This document shows positions 53,659 through 64,000 of a DNA stretch of 64,000 nt, piece by piece. The DNA is taken from positions 1,280,001-1,344,000 of the forward strand of contig OZ220732.1 of the NCBI GenBank assembly GCA_965116905.1. The letters are read 5' to 3'. Source of the stretch: Longimicrobiales bacterium (lineage in GTDB: Bacteria; Gemmatimonadota; Gemmatimonadetes; Longimicrobiales; Gaopeijiaceae). The position numbers were made by a program, and so were the translations under genes. A model generated the notes under the pieces. It had not been told where the DNA came from. It did no database searches and saw only the letters and a list, made by a program, of their open reading frames with translations. Every line of letters begins with the position of its first letter. Position 1 is the first letter of the stretch.

Positions 53659-54616
53659 GTGAGAACCGCAGCGTCGGAGCATCGTCTGGAAGCGAAGGTG
53701 GCGATCGTCACCGGGGCATCGTCCGGAATCGGCCGGGCGATCGCGTACGCGTTGGCGCGGGAGGGTGCCGCGGTCGTGCTCGCGGCCAGACGCAACGAGC
53801 GTCTCGAGGCGGACGTCCGCGAGTTGAGCGGAGCCGGGGCACGGGCCCTTGCCGTCGCCGCCGACGTGACGCGGATGGACGACATGCATGCCGTGGCGGA
53901 CGCGGCCGGCACGGCCTTCGGGCGGATCGACATCCTGGTCAACAATGCGGGGATCATGCCCCTGTCTCCGCTCTCGGAGGGTCGCGTGTCGGACTGGACC
54001 CGAATGGTGGACGTCAACGTCAACGGCGTGTTGCACGGGATCGGGGCGGTGCTCCCCGTGATGCTGGAGCAGGGGACGGGCCACATCGTCAACATAGGGT
54101 CCGTGGCCGGACGCCGCCCGTTCCCGGGTGGAACCGTGTACTGTGCCAGCAAGTTCGCCGTGCGCTGCATTTCGTGGGGTCTCCACCTGGAGCTGGGGGC
54201 GGAACGCGGCATTCGCTCCACCGACATCCAGCCGGGCTATGCCGAGACCGAGCTGATCGACACCCTGCCGGACGCCGCTGCCCGCGACGCCTGGAATGAA
54301 CGGTGGGCCGGCAAGAAGCCGCTGGAGGCGGAGGACGTTGCCCAGGCGGTTCTGTACGCCGTCACGGCGCCGCCCCACGTCTCGGTCAGCGAGGTGCTGG
54401 TGCGCGGAACGCGGCATTCGCTCCACCGACATCCAGCCGGGCTATGCCGAGACCGAGCTGTTGCCGGACGCCGCTGCCCGCGACGCCTGGAATGAACGGT
54501 GGGCCCAAGAAGCTGGAGGCGGAGGACGTTGCCCAGGCGGTTCTGTACGCCGTCACGCGCCGCCCCACGTCTCGGTCAGCGAGGTGCTGGTGCGGCCGTT
54601 GGACCAGCCGACGTAG
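53659..54616 (+). CDS. SDR oxidoreductase (YdfG-like); 3' end disturbed by a tandem duplication
   Basis: TGASSGIG, NNAG, YCASK; the native C-terminus RPLDQPT* lies after the second, frameshifted repeat copy. Confidence 0.8.
54200..54594 (+). repeat. ~200-bp tandem duplication of the SDR 3' end
   Basis: Copy 1 is 54200-54404 and copy 2 is 54405-54594; copy 2 differs essentially by small deletions. Confidence 0.95.
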
Positions 54617-54773
54617 TCGCGTTTGCTCGCGCCGCGTGGCCGCTGGCAGCGTGCGGGACACCCTCCCAAGTACGTATCACTGTTAGTTCAGCTTACGCCA
54701 TAAGCTAAACCAAGAGCACGACGCCTCCTACAGGGGAGGGACGACATCTCGGTCGAGCCGGCGCCCGCGACGC

Positions 54774-56660
54774 TCAGGCAGCCGCTCCCGCGAACTGGAG
54801 TTCGTGCAGCCGGCGGTACAATCCCTCCTGCGCCAGAAGCTCCTGGTGACTTCCTTCCTCCACCAGCCGGCCATGGTGCATGACCAGAATCCGGTCGGCG
54901 CCCTGCACGGTCGAAAGGCGGTGGGCGATCACCAGGCTGGTTCTGTCCTGCATGAGCCGGTCCGTCGCCTCTTCGATGCGCGCCTCGATTTCGGAATCGA
55001 CCGAACTGGTCGCCTCGTCGAGCACCAGGATGCCCGGGTCGAACGCCAGTGCACGCGCGAACGAGAGCAGCTGCCGCTCGCCCACCGACAGGCTTGCCCC
55101 GCGCTCGCCCAGCTCCTGCGCGGATCCCTCGGGAAGGCGTTCCACGAAGGGCGTGGCGCCGACGGCCTCGAGCGAATCGGCCACCCTGGCCTCGCCGATG
55201 TCGCCCGCCCCGAGCCGCACGTTGTAGTCGACCGACTTGCTGAACAGGAAGATGTCCTGCAGGACCAGGCCGATCCGTGCGCGCAGATCCTGCAGCCGAA
55301 GCTCCTCGACCGGGATTCCGTCGACCAGGATGCGGCCGCGCTGAGCCTCGTAAAACCTCATCAGCAGGTTGATGACGGTCGTCTTGCCGGCACCCGTGTG
55401 GCCCACGATCGCCAGCTTCTCCCCGGGCGCGACCGTGAACGACAGGTCCCGAATCACCCAATCGGGGCGAGCCTCCGGGCCAGGCCGGGCCTCCGCGCCT
55501 GGGCGAGCCTCCGCATCGGGGCGGGCCTCCGCGCCCGTCCGTCCGTCCGTCTCAACCTCTCGATTCCCGTATGCGAACCACACGTTCTCGAACCGGATTT
55601 CCCCCGTCGCCCCTTCCGGGAAACGCCGCGTGACGTCCGCGTCCCGGATCGCCGGCTCGCGGTCGAGGAGTCGGAAGATGCGCTCGGAAGAGGCCATGGC
55701 GCCCTGCAGCAGGTTGTACTTCTCGGACAGGTCCTGAATCGGGCGGAAGAAGCGGCGCGCATAGTCCAGGAAGGCCGCGAGCACGCCGATGGTCACGGCG
55801 CCCTGGATCATCGCGCTGCCCCCGTACCAGATAATGAGCGCGAGTGCCACCGAGGTGAGTTGCTGGATGACGGGGAAGAAGAGCGCGTAGTAGGTGATCG
55901 ACCGCAGGTGGGCGTCCAGGTAGTCGTTGTTGAGATCCTTGAAGCGGCCCAGGTCGGCGTCTTCGCGGTTGAAGAGCTGCACCACCCGGATTCCGGTGAA
56001 CCGCTCCTGGAGGAATGCGTTCATCCGCGCCAGGCGGTAGCGGATATCCCGATACGCGGACCGGATGCGGGAGCGGAAGACGAATGCGGCCCATGCCACG
56101 AAGGGAAGCACGCTGAAGGTGACCAGGGCCAGGTCGGCGTCCATCTGCAGCATCGCGGCCACGATGAAGAAGAGCATGAAGAGGTCGCCGAAGACCGTGA
56201 CCAGCCCCGAGCTGAAGAGTTCGTTCAGCGTCTCCACGTCCGAGGTGATGCGCGTCATCAGCCGGCCGACGGGATTCCGGTCGTAGAAGCGCAGGTCCAG
56301 CTCCTGCAGCTTGCGGAAGATCTGCGTGCGGAGATCGTACATGACCCGCTGTCCGAGCCACGTCGTGACGAGGGCCTGCAGGTACTGGAAGACGAAGACC
56401 AGAACGGTGATCGTCAGGTAGACGATCGCCAGAAGGGCGAGCTGCCTGCCATCGTTGGAAGGGATCGCCTCGTCCAGGGCGATCATGGTGAGGTAGGGGC
56501 CGATCACGGCCGCCAGCGAGGCCAGCAGCAGGAGGACGACGGCGCCCGCAACCTGCAGCGTGTAGGGGCGCAGGTAGCGCAGAAGGCGCGCCATCAGGCG
56601 CGAATCGTACGCCTTGCCTAGGACCTCTTCTTCGTAGCCGTCGTGAGCCGAGCGCGTCAC
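54774..56660 (-). CDS. ABC transporter permease/ATP-binding fusion (MsbA-like exporter)
   Basis: TM domain, Walker A GHTGAGKT, signature LSVGERQ, LDEATS, IAHRLST. Confidence 0.93.
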   Translation of the reverse strand: MTRSAHDGYEEEVLGKAYDSRLMARLLRYLRPYTLQVAGAVVLLLLASLAAVIGPYLTMIALDEAIPSNDGRQLALLAIVYLTITVLVFVFQYLQALVTTWLGQRVMYDLRTQIFRKLQELDLRFYDRNPVGRLMTRITSDVETLNELFSSGLVTVFGDLFMLFFIVAAMLQMDADLALVTFSVLPFVAWAAFVFRSRIRSAYRDIRYRLARMNAFLQERFTGIRVVQLFNREDADLGRFKDLNNDYLDAHLRSITYYALFFPVIQQLTSVALALIIWYGGSAMIQGAVTIGVLAAFLDYARRFFRPIQDLSEKYNLLQGAMASSERIFRLLDREPAIRDADVTRRFPEGATGEIRFENVWFAYGNREVETDGRTGAEARPDAEARPGAEARPGPEARPDWVIRDLSFTVAPGEKLAIVGHTGAGKTTVINLLMRFYEAQRGRILVDGIPVEELRLQDLRARIGLVLQDIFLFSKSVDYNVRLGAGDIGEARVADSLEAVGATPFVERLPEGSAQELGERGASLSVGERQLLSFARALAFDPGILVLDEATSSVDSEIEARIEEATDRLMQDRTSLVIAHRLSTVQGADRILVMHHGRLVEEGSHQELLAQEGLYRRLHELQFAGAAA

Positions 56661-56670
56661 GGCCGCGACC

Positions 56671-57744
56671 TCAGACCGTGCGCGCCGCGATCGTGTCGAG
56701 CCCGTCCAGGAGACGCTGCATCCTGTCCCACGGGGCGACCGTCGCCCTGAGTCCGGACCCACGCGCGGTGGTGCCTGCGAATGGACGCACGCGCACCCCG
56801 CACGACTCCAGCTGCTGCGTCTCCGGTTCCAGCCTGTCGTCCGGACGCAGGATGAACACGAAGTTGGCCGCCGAGGCCGGAACCCGGTAGCCGCGCCGGC
56901 TCAGGCAGTCCATCAACCGCTCCCGGTTGACCTTCGTCTCGGCGATTGTCTCGTCCAGCCACGGCGAGTCGCTGGAAACCGCCGCCGCCGCCGCAGTGCT
57001 CGTGACGCCGGAGACGACGAACGGACCCCGCGCCTTGTCGACCTCGAGGACGAGGGACTTGCTGCCCACGCCGTAGCCGGCCCGCATGCCGGCGAGCCCG
57101 TACGCCTTCGACAGCGTCTTCACGCACAGGGTGCGCTCGCCCTCCAGCGCCATCTCGAAGGGAGTCAGGTCATCACGGGACCGGTGGTACTCGCCGTACG
57201 CCTCGTCGATGATCAGGACGCTCCCGAGGGCTTCCGCGTGCTGGTAGACCGCCCGAATCCAGTCATCGGGGACGGCCTCCGCGGTCGGATTGCCCGGGTT
57301 CGCGATGTACACGATGCCGGGCCGCGATCCCGCGAAGCGGATCGGGTCGTCCAGCGCGTCCTCCCACTCCACCGGCGCCGGATCGTGTCCGTTCATGCGC
57401 GCCAGCATTCCCGCCGCCGGCCAGCCCGGGTCCATGAAGCGCATCTGCGTCGGCGCGACCGCCCGCATGACCGCGTCCAGCACCCCGGTCCCCCCCGCGC
57501 CCGTGGTCACGTTTTGCGTCGAGGTGCCGAACTTCGCGGCGACCGCCATCGCGAGCTCGTCCGCGTAGCTGTCCGGGTACTCGGAGGCGACCGCCGTTCC
57601 CGCCTCGGCCATCACGGCCAACGCCGCCGGATGGGCTCCCCAGAGGTTGCGATTGTCCCCGAGGTCCGCCGCGATCGGCGACCGGTCCGGAAGGTAGCGG
57701 CCGAGGGCTCCGTAGTCGTCGCGCGGATAGATGTCCGGTTTCAT
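56671..57744 (-). CDS. class I/II PLP aminotransferase (HisC-like)
   Basis: [34 protein letters not shown]. Confidence 0.85.
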   Translation of the reverse strand: MKPDIYPRDDYGALGRYLPDRSPIAADLGDNRNLWGAHPAALAVMAEAGTAVASEYPDSYADELAMAVAAKFGTSTQNVTTGAGGTGVLDAVMRAVAPTQMRFMDPGWPAAGMLARMNGHDPAPVEWEDALDDPIRFAGSRPGIVYIANPGNPTAEAVPDDWIRAVYQHAEALGSVLIIDEAYGEYHRSRDDLTPFEMALEGERTLCVKTLSKAYGLAGMRAGYGVGSKSLVLEVDKARGPFVVSGVTSTAAAAAVSSDSPWLDETIAETKVNRERLMDCLSRRGYRVPASAANFVFILRPDDRLEPETQQLESCGVRVRPFAGTTARGSGLRATVAPWDRMQRLLDGLDTIAARTV

Positions 57745-57893
57745 CGTGATCCTGCTGGTAGATTGGAAAGAGACCGCGTGTGCTTCGTTGCGGCGCGAGG
57801 CCGTTCCACGGTCGGGAAAATCGCCCGAAGGCAACGGGGCGGCAACGGGGCGGCCACTCAGGGGCCAGCGGCCACGGACTTCCAGGGGCGTTG

Positions 57894-60827
57894 ATGGATC
57901 GATCGATTCGGATCAGGGGTGCGCGGCAGCACAATCTGAAGAACCTCGACCTCGACCTGCCCCGGAACGCGCTCACGGTCGTCACCGGGCCTTCGGGATC
58001 GGGAAAGTCCTCGCTGGCCCTCGATACGCTCTTTGCGGCGGGCCAGCGCCGCTACGTCGAGGCCCTGTCCAGCTACGCCAGGCAATTCCTCGACCGGCTG
58101 GAGAAGCCCGATGTGGACCGGATCGAAGGGCTATCGCCCGCCGTGGCGATCGAGCAGCGCAATCCGACCACGAGCAGCCGTTCCACCGTGGGGACCGCCA
58201 CGGAAGTGTACGACTTCCTCCGGCTTCTCTATGCACGCGTGGGTCGCACGCATTGCCCCGCGTGCGGCGACGAAGTGCGTCCGGACAGCGTCTCCGATGC
58301 CGTCGACCGCGTTGCGTCGCTGCCCCCGGGCGACCGGTTTCTGGTCGCGTTTCCGTTGAACAGGAGCGGTCGGGTTTCCCATGAACTGGTTGTCGAAAAC
58401 CTCCGGGCCCTCGGCTTCGCCCGCGTACTGGCGGACGGAGTGCCGGCCGAGTTGTCGGACGCCGCCGTCCCCGATCTCGCGACCGCCCGCGAAGTCATGG
58501 TGGTCGTCGACCGGCTGAAGGTCCCGCCCACCCCCGACCGGAACTGGATGGACCGGCTTGCGGATTCGATCGCCACCTGCTTCCACGAAGGCGAGGGCGA
58601 GGCGGTCGTGGTTCCCGTGAACCCCGGCCACGCCGCCACCGCTGCGGACGGCCACGCCGTGCCCCCAGCGGACGGCCATGCGGCCCCCCCCGCGGACGAG
58701 GCGATTCGCTTTTCGGAGCGGTTCCGCTGTCCCCGGCACCCGGAGCAGGCCTTCCTGAAGCCGACGCCGCGCCTCTTCTCCTTCAACAACCCCTACGGCA
58801 GCTGCCCGACGTGCACCGGCTTCGGCGCGACCCTGGACTACGACCCCGCGCTTGTCGTTCCCGACGAGGACCTGTCGCTCGACGACGGGGCGGTGGATCC
58901 GTGGGCAAAGCCCCGGTACGGTCGGGAACGCGCCCACCTGCGCCGTTTCGCCGACGAACGCGGCGTCTCGATCCACGCCCCCTGGAAGCGGCTGCCCGAG
59001 TCCTTCCGCGAGGCGGTGCTGTACGGCCAGGGGTCGTTTCGCGGGGTACTGGACTTTCTCGCCTCCAGGGAGCGAAAGCGGTACAAGCAGTACATTCGCA
59101 TCTTCCTGCGCCAGTACCAGCGGCCCCGACCCTGCCGCGCCTGCGGCGGATCGCGCCTACGGCCCGAGGCGGGGCACGTGACCGTGGGCGGCCTCGACGT
59201 CGGCAGCGTCTCCGCCATGCCGATCGAGGCGCTTCCGGAATGGATGGAGGGACTGGATCTGCGCCCGATGGAGGCCAGGATCGCGAGCACCATACTCCGG
59301 GAGCTCTCTGCGCGGGTGGGTTTTCTCGTGGACGTCGGCCTGGGATACCTCACGCTGGGCCGGCAGATGCGCACGGTCTCCGGAGGCGAGGCGCAGCGCA
59401 TCTCCCTCGCCAACTCCCTGGGCTCGCGTCTCGTGGACACGCTGTACGTCCTCGACGAGCCGTCGATCGGGCTGCACCCGCAGGACATGGACGCCCTGAT
59501 GGCGCTGCTGCACCGTCTCCGCGACGGCGGCAACACGGTGGTCGTGGTCGAGCACAACGCCACCGCCATCCGCGCCGCGGACCACGTCGTCGAGCTGGGC
59601 CCGGGTTCGGGTGACCTGGGCGGCGAGGTCGTGTTCGAAGGCACGCCCGCCGATTTGGTCCAGACCGCGACAAATACCGGCAGGTATCTGTCCAGGGAAC
59701 GCGCACGGCTTCGCGGTGACGGGGAATCCGGCCGCGACGGGCGGCGCGGATGGACCGAGCGCCGCCGCCGGCCCGTGGACGGCGCGCGCATCCGGCTGGA
59801 GGGAGCGCGGCTGCACAACCTGCGCGGCGCCGAAGCCGAGTTCCCCATCGGCGCGATGACGGTCGTGACCGGGGTGTCCGGGTCGGGCAAGTCGACCCTC
59901 GTGCACGACATCCTCTACCGGGCGCTGGAGCGCGAACTCAGAGGAGGCCGTACGTCGGCAAAGGAGCACCTCGGCGAGGTGGTCGGTGCCTACGGCTCCC
60001 TGACCGGCACCGAACACCTGGACGACGTGGTCCTGATCGACCAGAGCCCCATCGGACGGACGCCCCGCTCGAACCCGGTCACCTACATCCGGGCGTGGGG
60101 CGAGATCCGCCGCATCTTCGCCGGCCAGCGCGCCGCCGCCAAGGCCGGTCTGGACGCGCGCAGCTTCTCGTTCAACGTCAAGGGAGGCCGCTGCGAGGAG
60201 TGTGGGGGCGCCGGATACGTGCGCGTGGAAATGGTCTTCATGGCCGACATCCACGTGCCGTGCGAGGTGTGCGGCGGAAAGCGGTACCGGCCCAGGGTGC
60301 TGGAAGTCAGCGTGCGGGGCCTCAACGTGACCGACGTGCTCGACATGACCGTCGATCGGGCCATTCGCTTCTTCCTGCGCGAGCCCCGGCTGGGGCAGGC
60401 ACTGTGGCATCTGCAGCAGGTCGGCCTCGGCTACCTGCGTCTGGGCCAGCCCGCCACGACCCTGTCGGGGGGCGAGGCGCAGCGGCTCAAGATCGCGCGC
60501 GAACTGATCGGAGCCGCGGCCCGCAAGGGCACCCGCAAGGCCTACATCCTCGACGAACCGACGACGGGTCTCTCGGGAGAGGACGTGGCGCTGCTGAACG
60601 AAGTGCTCCGCCGGCTCGTCAAGGCGGGCCACACCCTTGTGGTGGTCGAGCACGACCTGGATGTGGTCAGGGCGGCCGACTGGGTGGTCGACATGGGCCC
60701 CGGAGCCGGTGCGGGCGGCGGCGAGGTCGTCGCGATGGGGCGGCCCGAGGACGTGGCCACCGTACCCGAGAGCGTGACAGGACGCTATCTCGGAGAGGCG
60801 TTGGGGTTGGGAGCAGTCCGTGGATAG
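57894..60827 (+). CDS. uvrA: excinuclease ABC subunit A
   Basis: GARQHNLKN, two ABC ATPase sites ([18 protein letters not shown]), SGGEAQR twice, Zn fingers. Confidence 0.95.
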   Translation: MDRSIRIRGARQHNLKNLDLDLPRNALTVVTGPSGSGKSSLALDTLFAAGQRRYVEALSSYARQFLDRLEKPDVDRIEGLSPAVAIEQRNPTTSSRSTVGTATEVYDFLRLLYARVGRTHCPACGDEVRPDSVSDAVDRVASLPPGDRFLVAFPLNRSGRVSHELVVENLRALGFARVLADGVPAELSDAAVPDLATAREVMVVVDRLKVPPTPDRNWMDRLADSIATCFHEGEGEAVVVPVNPGHAATAADGHAVPPADGHAAPPADEAIRFSERFRCPRHPEQAFLKPTPRLFSFNNPYGSCPTCTGFGATLDYDPALVVPDEDLSLDDGAVDPWAKPRYGRERAHLRRFADERGVSIHAPWKRLPESFREAVLYGQGSFRGVLDFLASRERKRYKQYIRIFLRQYQRPRPCRACGGSRLRPEAGHVTVGGLDVGSVSAMPIEALPEWMEGLDLRPMEARIASTILRELSARVGFLVDVGLGYLTLGRQMRTVSGGEAQRISLANSLGSRLVDTLYVLDEPSIGLHPQDMDALMALLHRLRDGGNTVVVVEHNATAIRAADHVVELGPGSGDLGGEVVFEGTPADLVQTATNTGRYLSRERARLRGDGESGRDGRRGWTERRRRPVDGARIRLEGARLHNLRGAEAEFPIGAMTVVTGVSGSGKSTLVHDILYRALERELRGGRTSAKEHLGEVVGAYGSLTGTEHLDDVVLIDQSPIGRTPRSNPVTYIRAWGEIRRIFAGQRAAAKAGLDARSFSFNVKGGRCEECGGAGYVRVEMVFMADIHVPCEVCGGKRYRPRVLEVSVRGLNVTDVLDMTVDRAIRFFLREPRLGQALWHLQQVGLGYLRLGQPATTLSGGEAQRLKIARELIGAAARKGTRKAYILDEPTTGLSGEDVALLNEVLRRLVKAGHTLVVVEHDLDVVRAADWVVDMGPGAGAGGGEVVAMGRPEDVATVPESVTGRYLGEALGLGAVRG

Positions 60828-60893
60828 AGCCGCCCGAGCACCGAGAGCGGCGAGGCGCCGGGCCTCGGATTCCGGTGCGCCTGCGGGAGCCGC

Positions 60894-61922
60894 GTGACCT
60901 CGTCCCGGCCCCGTTCCGCGCCCCTCGTCACCGTCGTCCTTCCGGTCAGGGACGGCGCCGCCACCCTGGGAGCCGCGCTGCGGTCGCTCGCCGCACAGAC
61001 GTTTTCCGGCTACGAGGTCGTCGTGATCGACGACGGATCCCGAGACGACTCGGTGGAGATCGCGCGGCAGTGGGCGCGGCGCGATGGCCGCTTCCGCCTC
61101 GTGCGCATGCCGCCCGGCGGGATTGTGCCGGCGCTCCGGCGCGGCCTCGCCGAGGCGCGCGGCACCCTTGTCGCGCGGATGGACGCCGACGACGTCTGCC
61201 ACCCGGCCCGGCTCGCAACCCAGGTCGACCTCCTCGAGCACCGCCCAGACCTCGCCGGCTGCGGCACCGGCGTCCGTTACGTCCCCGCTGGCGGCGTCAC
61301 CGCGCGGGCCGCCCAGTACGCGGCGTGGCTCAACGCCATGACCACGTGGGAGACGGTCGCGGCGAACATCTTCGTCGAGTGTCCCCTCGCGCACCCGACC
61401 ATCTTGTTCCGGGCTGCGGCGCTTTCAGCCGTGGGCGGCTACCGCGACCGGGGCTGGCCCGAAGACTACGACCTCCTGTTGCGGATGTGGCGCCACGGCC
61501 ACCGCTTCGTCGCCGCCCCGCGCGTTCTCCTCGACTGGAACAACCGCGGGGACCGTCTGAGCCGCACGCACCCGGCCTACGCGCTGGCCGCGTTTCGCGC
61601 GTGCCGGGTGCATCACCTGCGGCGCAGTCTGCTCGCCGGAAGGGCGGGCGTCGTGATCTGGGGCGCGGGTCCCACGGGCAAGAAGCTCGCGCTGGAGTGC
61701 CGTCGCCAGGAGGTGGCCGTGCGGGCGTTCATCGAGGTCGATCCGCGGAAGATCGGGCAGGTGATTCACGGCGCTCCGGTGCGTGAGGCCGCAGCCGCGA
61801 AGGCGTTCCGGGACGCGCTTCACCTGGGCGCCGTCGCGCGGTCGCCGGGCCGCGAGACGGTGCGGGCGGCGGCGGTGGGGGAGGGGCTCACGGACGGTGT
61901 GGACTTCGTGGCGATGGCGTGA
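60894..61922 (+). CDS. glycosyltransferase family 2
   Basis: IDDGSRD, RMDADD, EDYDLLLR; C-terminal Rossmann-like WGAG. Confidence 0.9.
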   Translation: MTSSRPRSAPLVTVVLPVRDGAATLGAALRSLAAQTFSGYEVVVIDDGSRDDSVEIARQWARRDGRFRLVRMPPGGIVPALRRGLAEARGTLVARMDADDVCHPARLATQVDLLEHRPDLAGCGTGVRYVPAGGVTARAAQYAAWLNAMTTWETVAANIFVECPLAHPTILFRAAALSAVGGYRDRGWPEDYDLLLRMWRHGHRFVAAPRVLLDWNNRGDRLSRTHPAYALAAFRACRVHHLRRSLLAGRAGVVIWGAGPTGKKLALECRRQEVAVRAFIEVDPRKIGQVIHGAPVREAAAAKAFRDALHLGAVARSPGRETVRAAAVGEGLTDGVDFVAMA

Positions 61923-61988
61923 GCACGGGGCCGCGGGGGGCGGTCGTCGAAGGGTCCCGACGGGCTTGAATCGACTGCACTTGACGGC

Positions 61989-62017
61989 TTGAAATCGCCC
62001 CGAAATCCGGCTATTTT
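61989..62017 (+). promoter_or_regulatory. candidate sigma70 promoter of gyrA
   Basis: TTGAAA-N17-TATTTT in an AT-rich intergenic stretch. Confidence 0.5.
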
Positions 62018-62090
62018 TAATGGCTGTCCGGGGCTCGTTTTTCACGCCCTGTGACCCAGCGCATCCACCCCTCCAGCGCCCGCAGGATTA

Positions 62091-64000
62091 ATGGCCGAAG
62101 ACGAGCACACTACCGCAGGCGAACGGGTCCTCGAACGAATCCTCGAACAGGAGATGCGCGAGTCGTTCATCGACTACTCGATGAGCGTCAACGTGCAGCG
62201 CGCCCTCCCCGACGTGCGCGACGGCTTGAAGCCGGTGCACCGGCGCATCCTCTACGCCATGTCCGAGCTGGGGCTGTCGCCCGGGCGGGCCTACAAGAAG
62301 TGCGCAACGGTCGTCGGCGAAGTGCTCGGCAAGTACCATCCGCACGGTGACTCGGCGGTCTACGACGCCCTCGTGCGCATGGTCCAGGACTTCTCGCTGC
62401 GGTATCCGCTCGTCGACGGCCAGGGCAACTTCGGCTCCATCGACGGCGACTCGGCCGCGGCGTATCGCTACACCGAGGCGCGCCTCCAGCGGCTCTCCAT
62501 CGAACTGCTGGCGGACATCGACAAGGACACCGTCCGCTTCGACGAGAATTTCGACGGCCGTCTCAAGGAGCCGTCGGTCCTGCCGTCGAAGGCGCCCAAC
62601 CTGCTGATCAACGGAGCGTCGGGGATCGCCGTGGGGATGGCGACGAACATTCCCCCGCACAACCTGCGCGAGGTGGTCGCCGGCCTTCTCGCGCTGATCG
62701 ACGACCCGTCGCTGCCACAGGACCAGCTGGAAGAGATCATCCGGGGACCCGACTTCCCCACCGGCGGCCTCATCTGCGGCACCGAGGGCATCCAGGAAGC
62801 GTATCGCACGGGGCGGGGCCGGGTCGTCATCCGTGCCAGGGCCGATATCGAGGAGGACGACGACGGGCCCTCTCGGATCATCGTCACCGAGATCCCGTTC
62901 ATGGTGAACAAGGCGCGCCTGATCGAACAGATCGCGGCGCTGGTGCGCGACAAGAAGCTCACGTCCATCCGCGACCTCCGGGACGAGTCCGACCGCGACG
63001 GCCTCCGCGTCGTCATCGAACTGAAGCGGGACGCGGTGCCCCAGGTCGTACTCAACCGGCTGTACAAGCACACGCCAATGCAGTCGACCTTCGGCGTGAT
63101 CTTCCTCGCACTGGTGGACGGTGTGCCGAAGGTCATGCCGTTGCGCGAAATGCTCGTGCACTTCATCGACCACCGCCACAACGTCGTGGTCCGGCGGAGC
63201 CGGTTCGACCTGGCCGCCGCGAGGGAGCGCGAGCACATCCTCGAGGGACTGAGGCTGGCGGTCGACAACATCGACGAGGTCGTGACGATCATCCGCGGGT
63301 CGCGCGACGCGGCCGAGGCGTCGGTGGGGCTGCGGCGGGCATCGCGGTCGTGGCGCAAGCTGGTGCTCCCGGGCGAGCCGGTCGAGGATCTGCCCGAGGT
63401 TCCCGACGGCGAGCCGTACGAGCTGTCGGAGCGTCAGGCGCGGGCCATCCTGGACATGCGGCTGGCCCGTCTGACCGGGCTCGAGATGGAGAAGCTCGAC
63501 GACGAGCTGCTGGGCGTCAGGGCGCGCATCGCGGAGCTGGAACACATTCTCGGCGACCGCGGGGTGCGGATGGGCATCATCAAGGACGAGCTCAGGGACA
63601 TCGCCGCCCGCTACGGCGACGACCGGCGTTCGGCGATCCGGGGCAGCGTGTCCTCCTTCGACGTCGAGGACCTGATCGCGGACGAGGAAGTCGTGATCAC
63701 CATGTCCCGCCAGGGCTACGTCAAGCGGATCCCCATCGACACCTACCGTGCGCAGCGCCGGGGCGGACGGGGCCTCCGGGGGATGAATACCAAGGCGGAG
63801 GACTGGGTCGAGCACCTCTTCGTGGCGTCGACCCACGACTACCTGATGGCCTTCACGGACCAGGGCAGGTGCCACTGGGTGAAGGTGTGGGGAATCCCTC
63901 ACGGAGGCCGCTACGCGAAGGGCAAGCCGATCGTCAACTTCCTGCACCTGGCCCCGGGCGAGAAGGTGGCGTCGGTTCTGCCGGTTCGCGAGTTCAGCGG
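62091..64000 (+). CDS. gyrA: DNA gyrase subunit A, partial; runs off the right edge and is absent from the ORF track
   Basis: [38 protein letters not shown], GyrA-box QRRGGRG near 63755. Confidence 0.96.
   Translation, partial: MAEDEHTTAGERVLERILEQEMRESFIDYSMSVNVQRALPDVRDGLKPVHRRILYAMSELGLSPGRAYKKCATVVGEVLGKYHPHGDSAVYDALVRMVQDFSLRYPLVDGQGNFGSIDGDSAAAYRYTEARLQRLSIELLADIDKDTVRFDENFDGRLKEPSVLPSKAPNLLINGASGIAVGMATNIPPHNLREVVAGLLALIDDPSLPQDQLEEIIRGPDFPTGGLICGTEGIQEAYRTGRGRVVIRARADIEEDDDGPSRIIVTEIPFMVNKARLIEQIAALVRDKKLTSIRDLRDESDRDGLRVVIELKRDAVPQVVLNRLYKHTPMQSTFGVIFLALVDGVPKVMPLREMLVHFIDHRHNVVVRRSRFDLAAAREREHILEGLRLAVDNIDEVVTIIRGSRDAAEASVGLRRASRSWRKLVLPGEPVEDLPEVPDGEPYELSERQARAILDMRLARLTGLEMEKLDDELLGVRARIAELEHILGDRGVRMGIIKDELRDIAARYGDDRRSAIRGSVSSFDVEDLIADEEVVITMSRQGYVKRIPIDTYRAQRRGGRGLRGMNTKAEDWVEHLFVASTHDYLMAFTDQGRCHWVKVWGIPHGGRYAKGKPIVNFLHLAPGEKVASVLPVREFS

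Noticed and set aside
54200..54594. DGR template/variable repeat pair
   Set aside because: The differences are deletions, not adenine-specific substitutions, and there is no reverse transcriptase in the window
54686..54710. dif site or integron attC
   Set aside because: Poor match to the XerC/XerD 11-6-11 consensus and to the RYYYAAC/GTTRRRY arrangement
48650..63947. Long antisense ORFs such as 48650-51529, 54804-56621 and 62088-63947 (similar ones occur throughout the window)
   Set aside because: Shadow frames of real high-GC genes (leuS, ABC exporter, gyrA) with no motifs of their own
62091..64000. parC, or a quinolone-resistant gyrA allele
   Set aside because: The GyrA-box QRRGGRG is present and the QRDR reads GDSAVYD, with wild-type Ser and Asp

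Overview
High-GC bacterial chromosomal segment. The gene repertoire suggests Gemmatimonadota, possibly marine or host-associated; this is an inference, not a database result. Most of the window is housekeeping and accessory metabolism: an ECF sigma/anti-sigma pair, an orphan DNA methyltransferase, ligA plus PolX-PHP, an RND permease, a squalene/phytoene synthase-like gene, a 17-gene CCA-less tRNA operon, four 6-bladed beta-propeller genes, a complete moxR-DUF58-batABCDE operon, a quaternary-amine catabolic cluster, tkt, leuS, uvrA and the 5' part of gyrA. The main findings are: (1) two copies of a ~132-bp element behind two tRNA-Ser genes, each with inverted and direct terminal repeats matching its own host tRNA; (2) an AhpC/TSA-like gene split in the ORF track by an in-frame UGA at the redox Cys position (UxxC) with a SECIS-like hairpin, i.e. 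a probable selenoprotein; (3) a BBOX-like dioxygenase + non-canonical HD-domain protein + DmdA-like demethylase + DMG dehydrogenase + BCCT cluster that looks like an uncharacterised methylated-amine pathway; (4) a PolX with a degenerate polymerase site next to ligA; (5) pervasive short tandem micro-duplications at gene ends and linkers.
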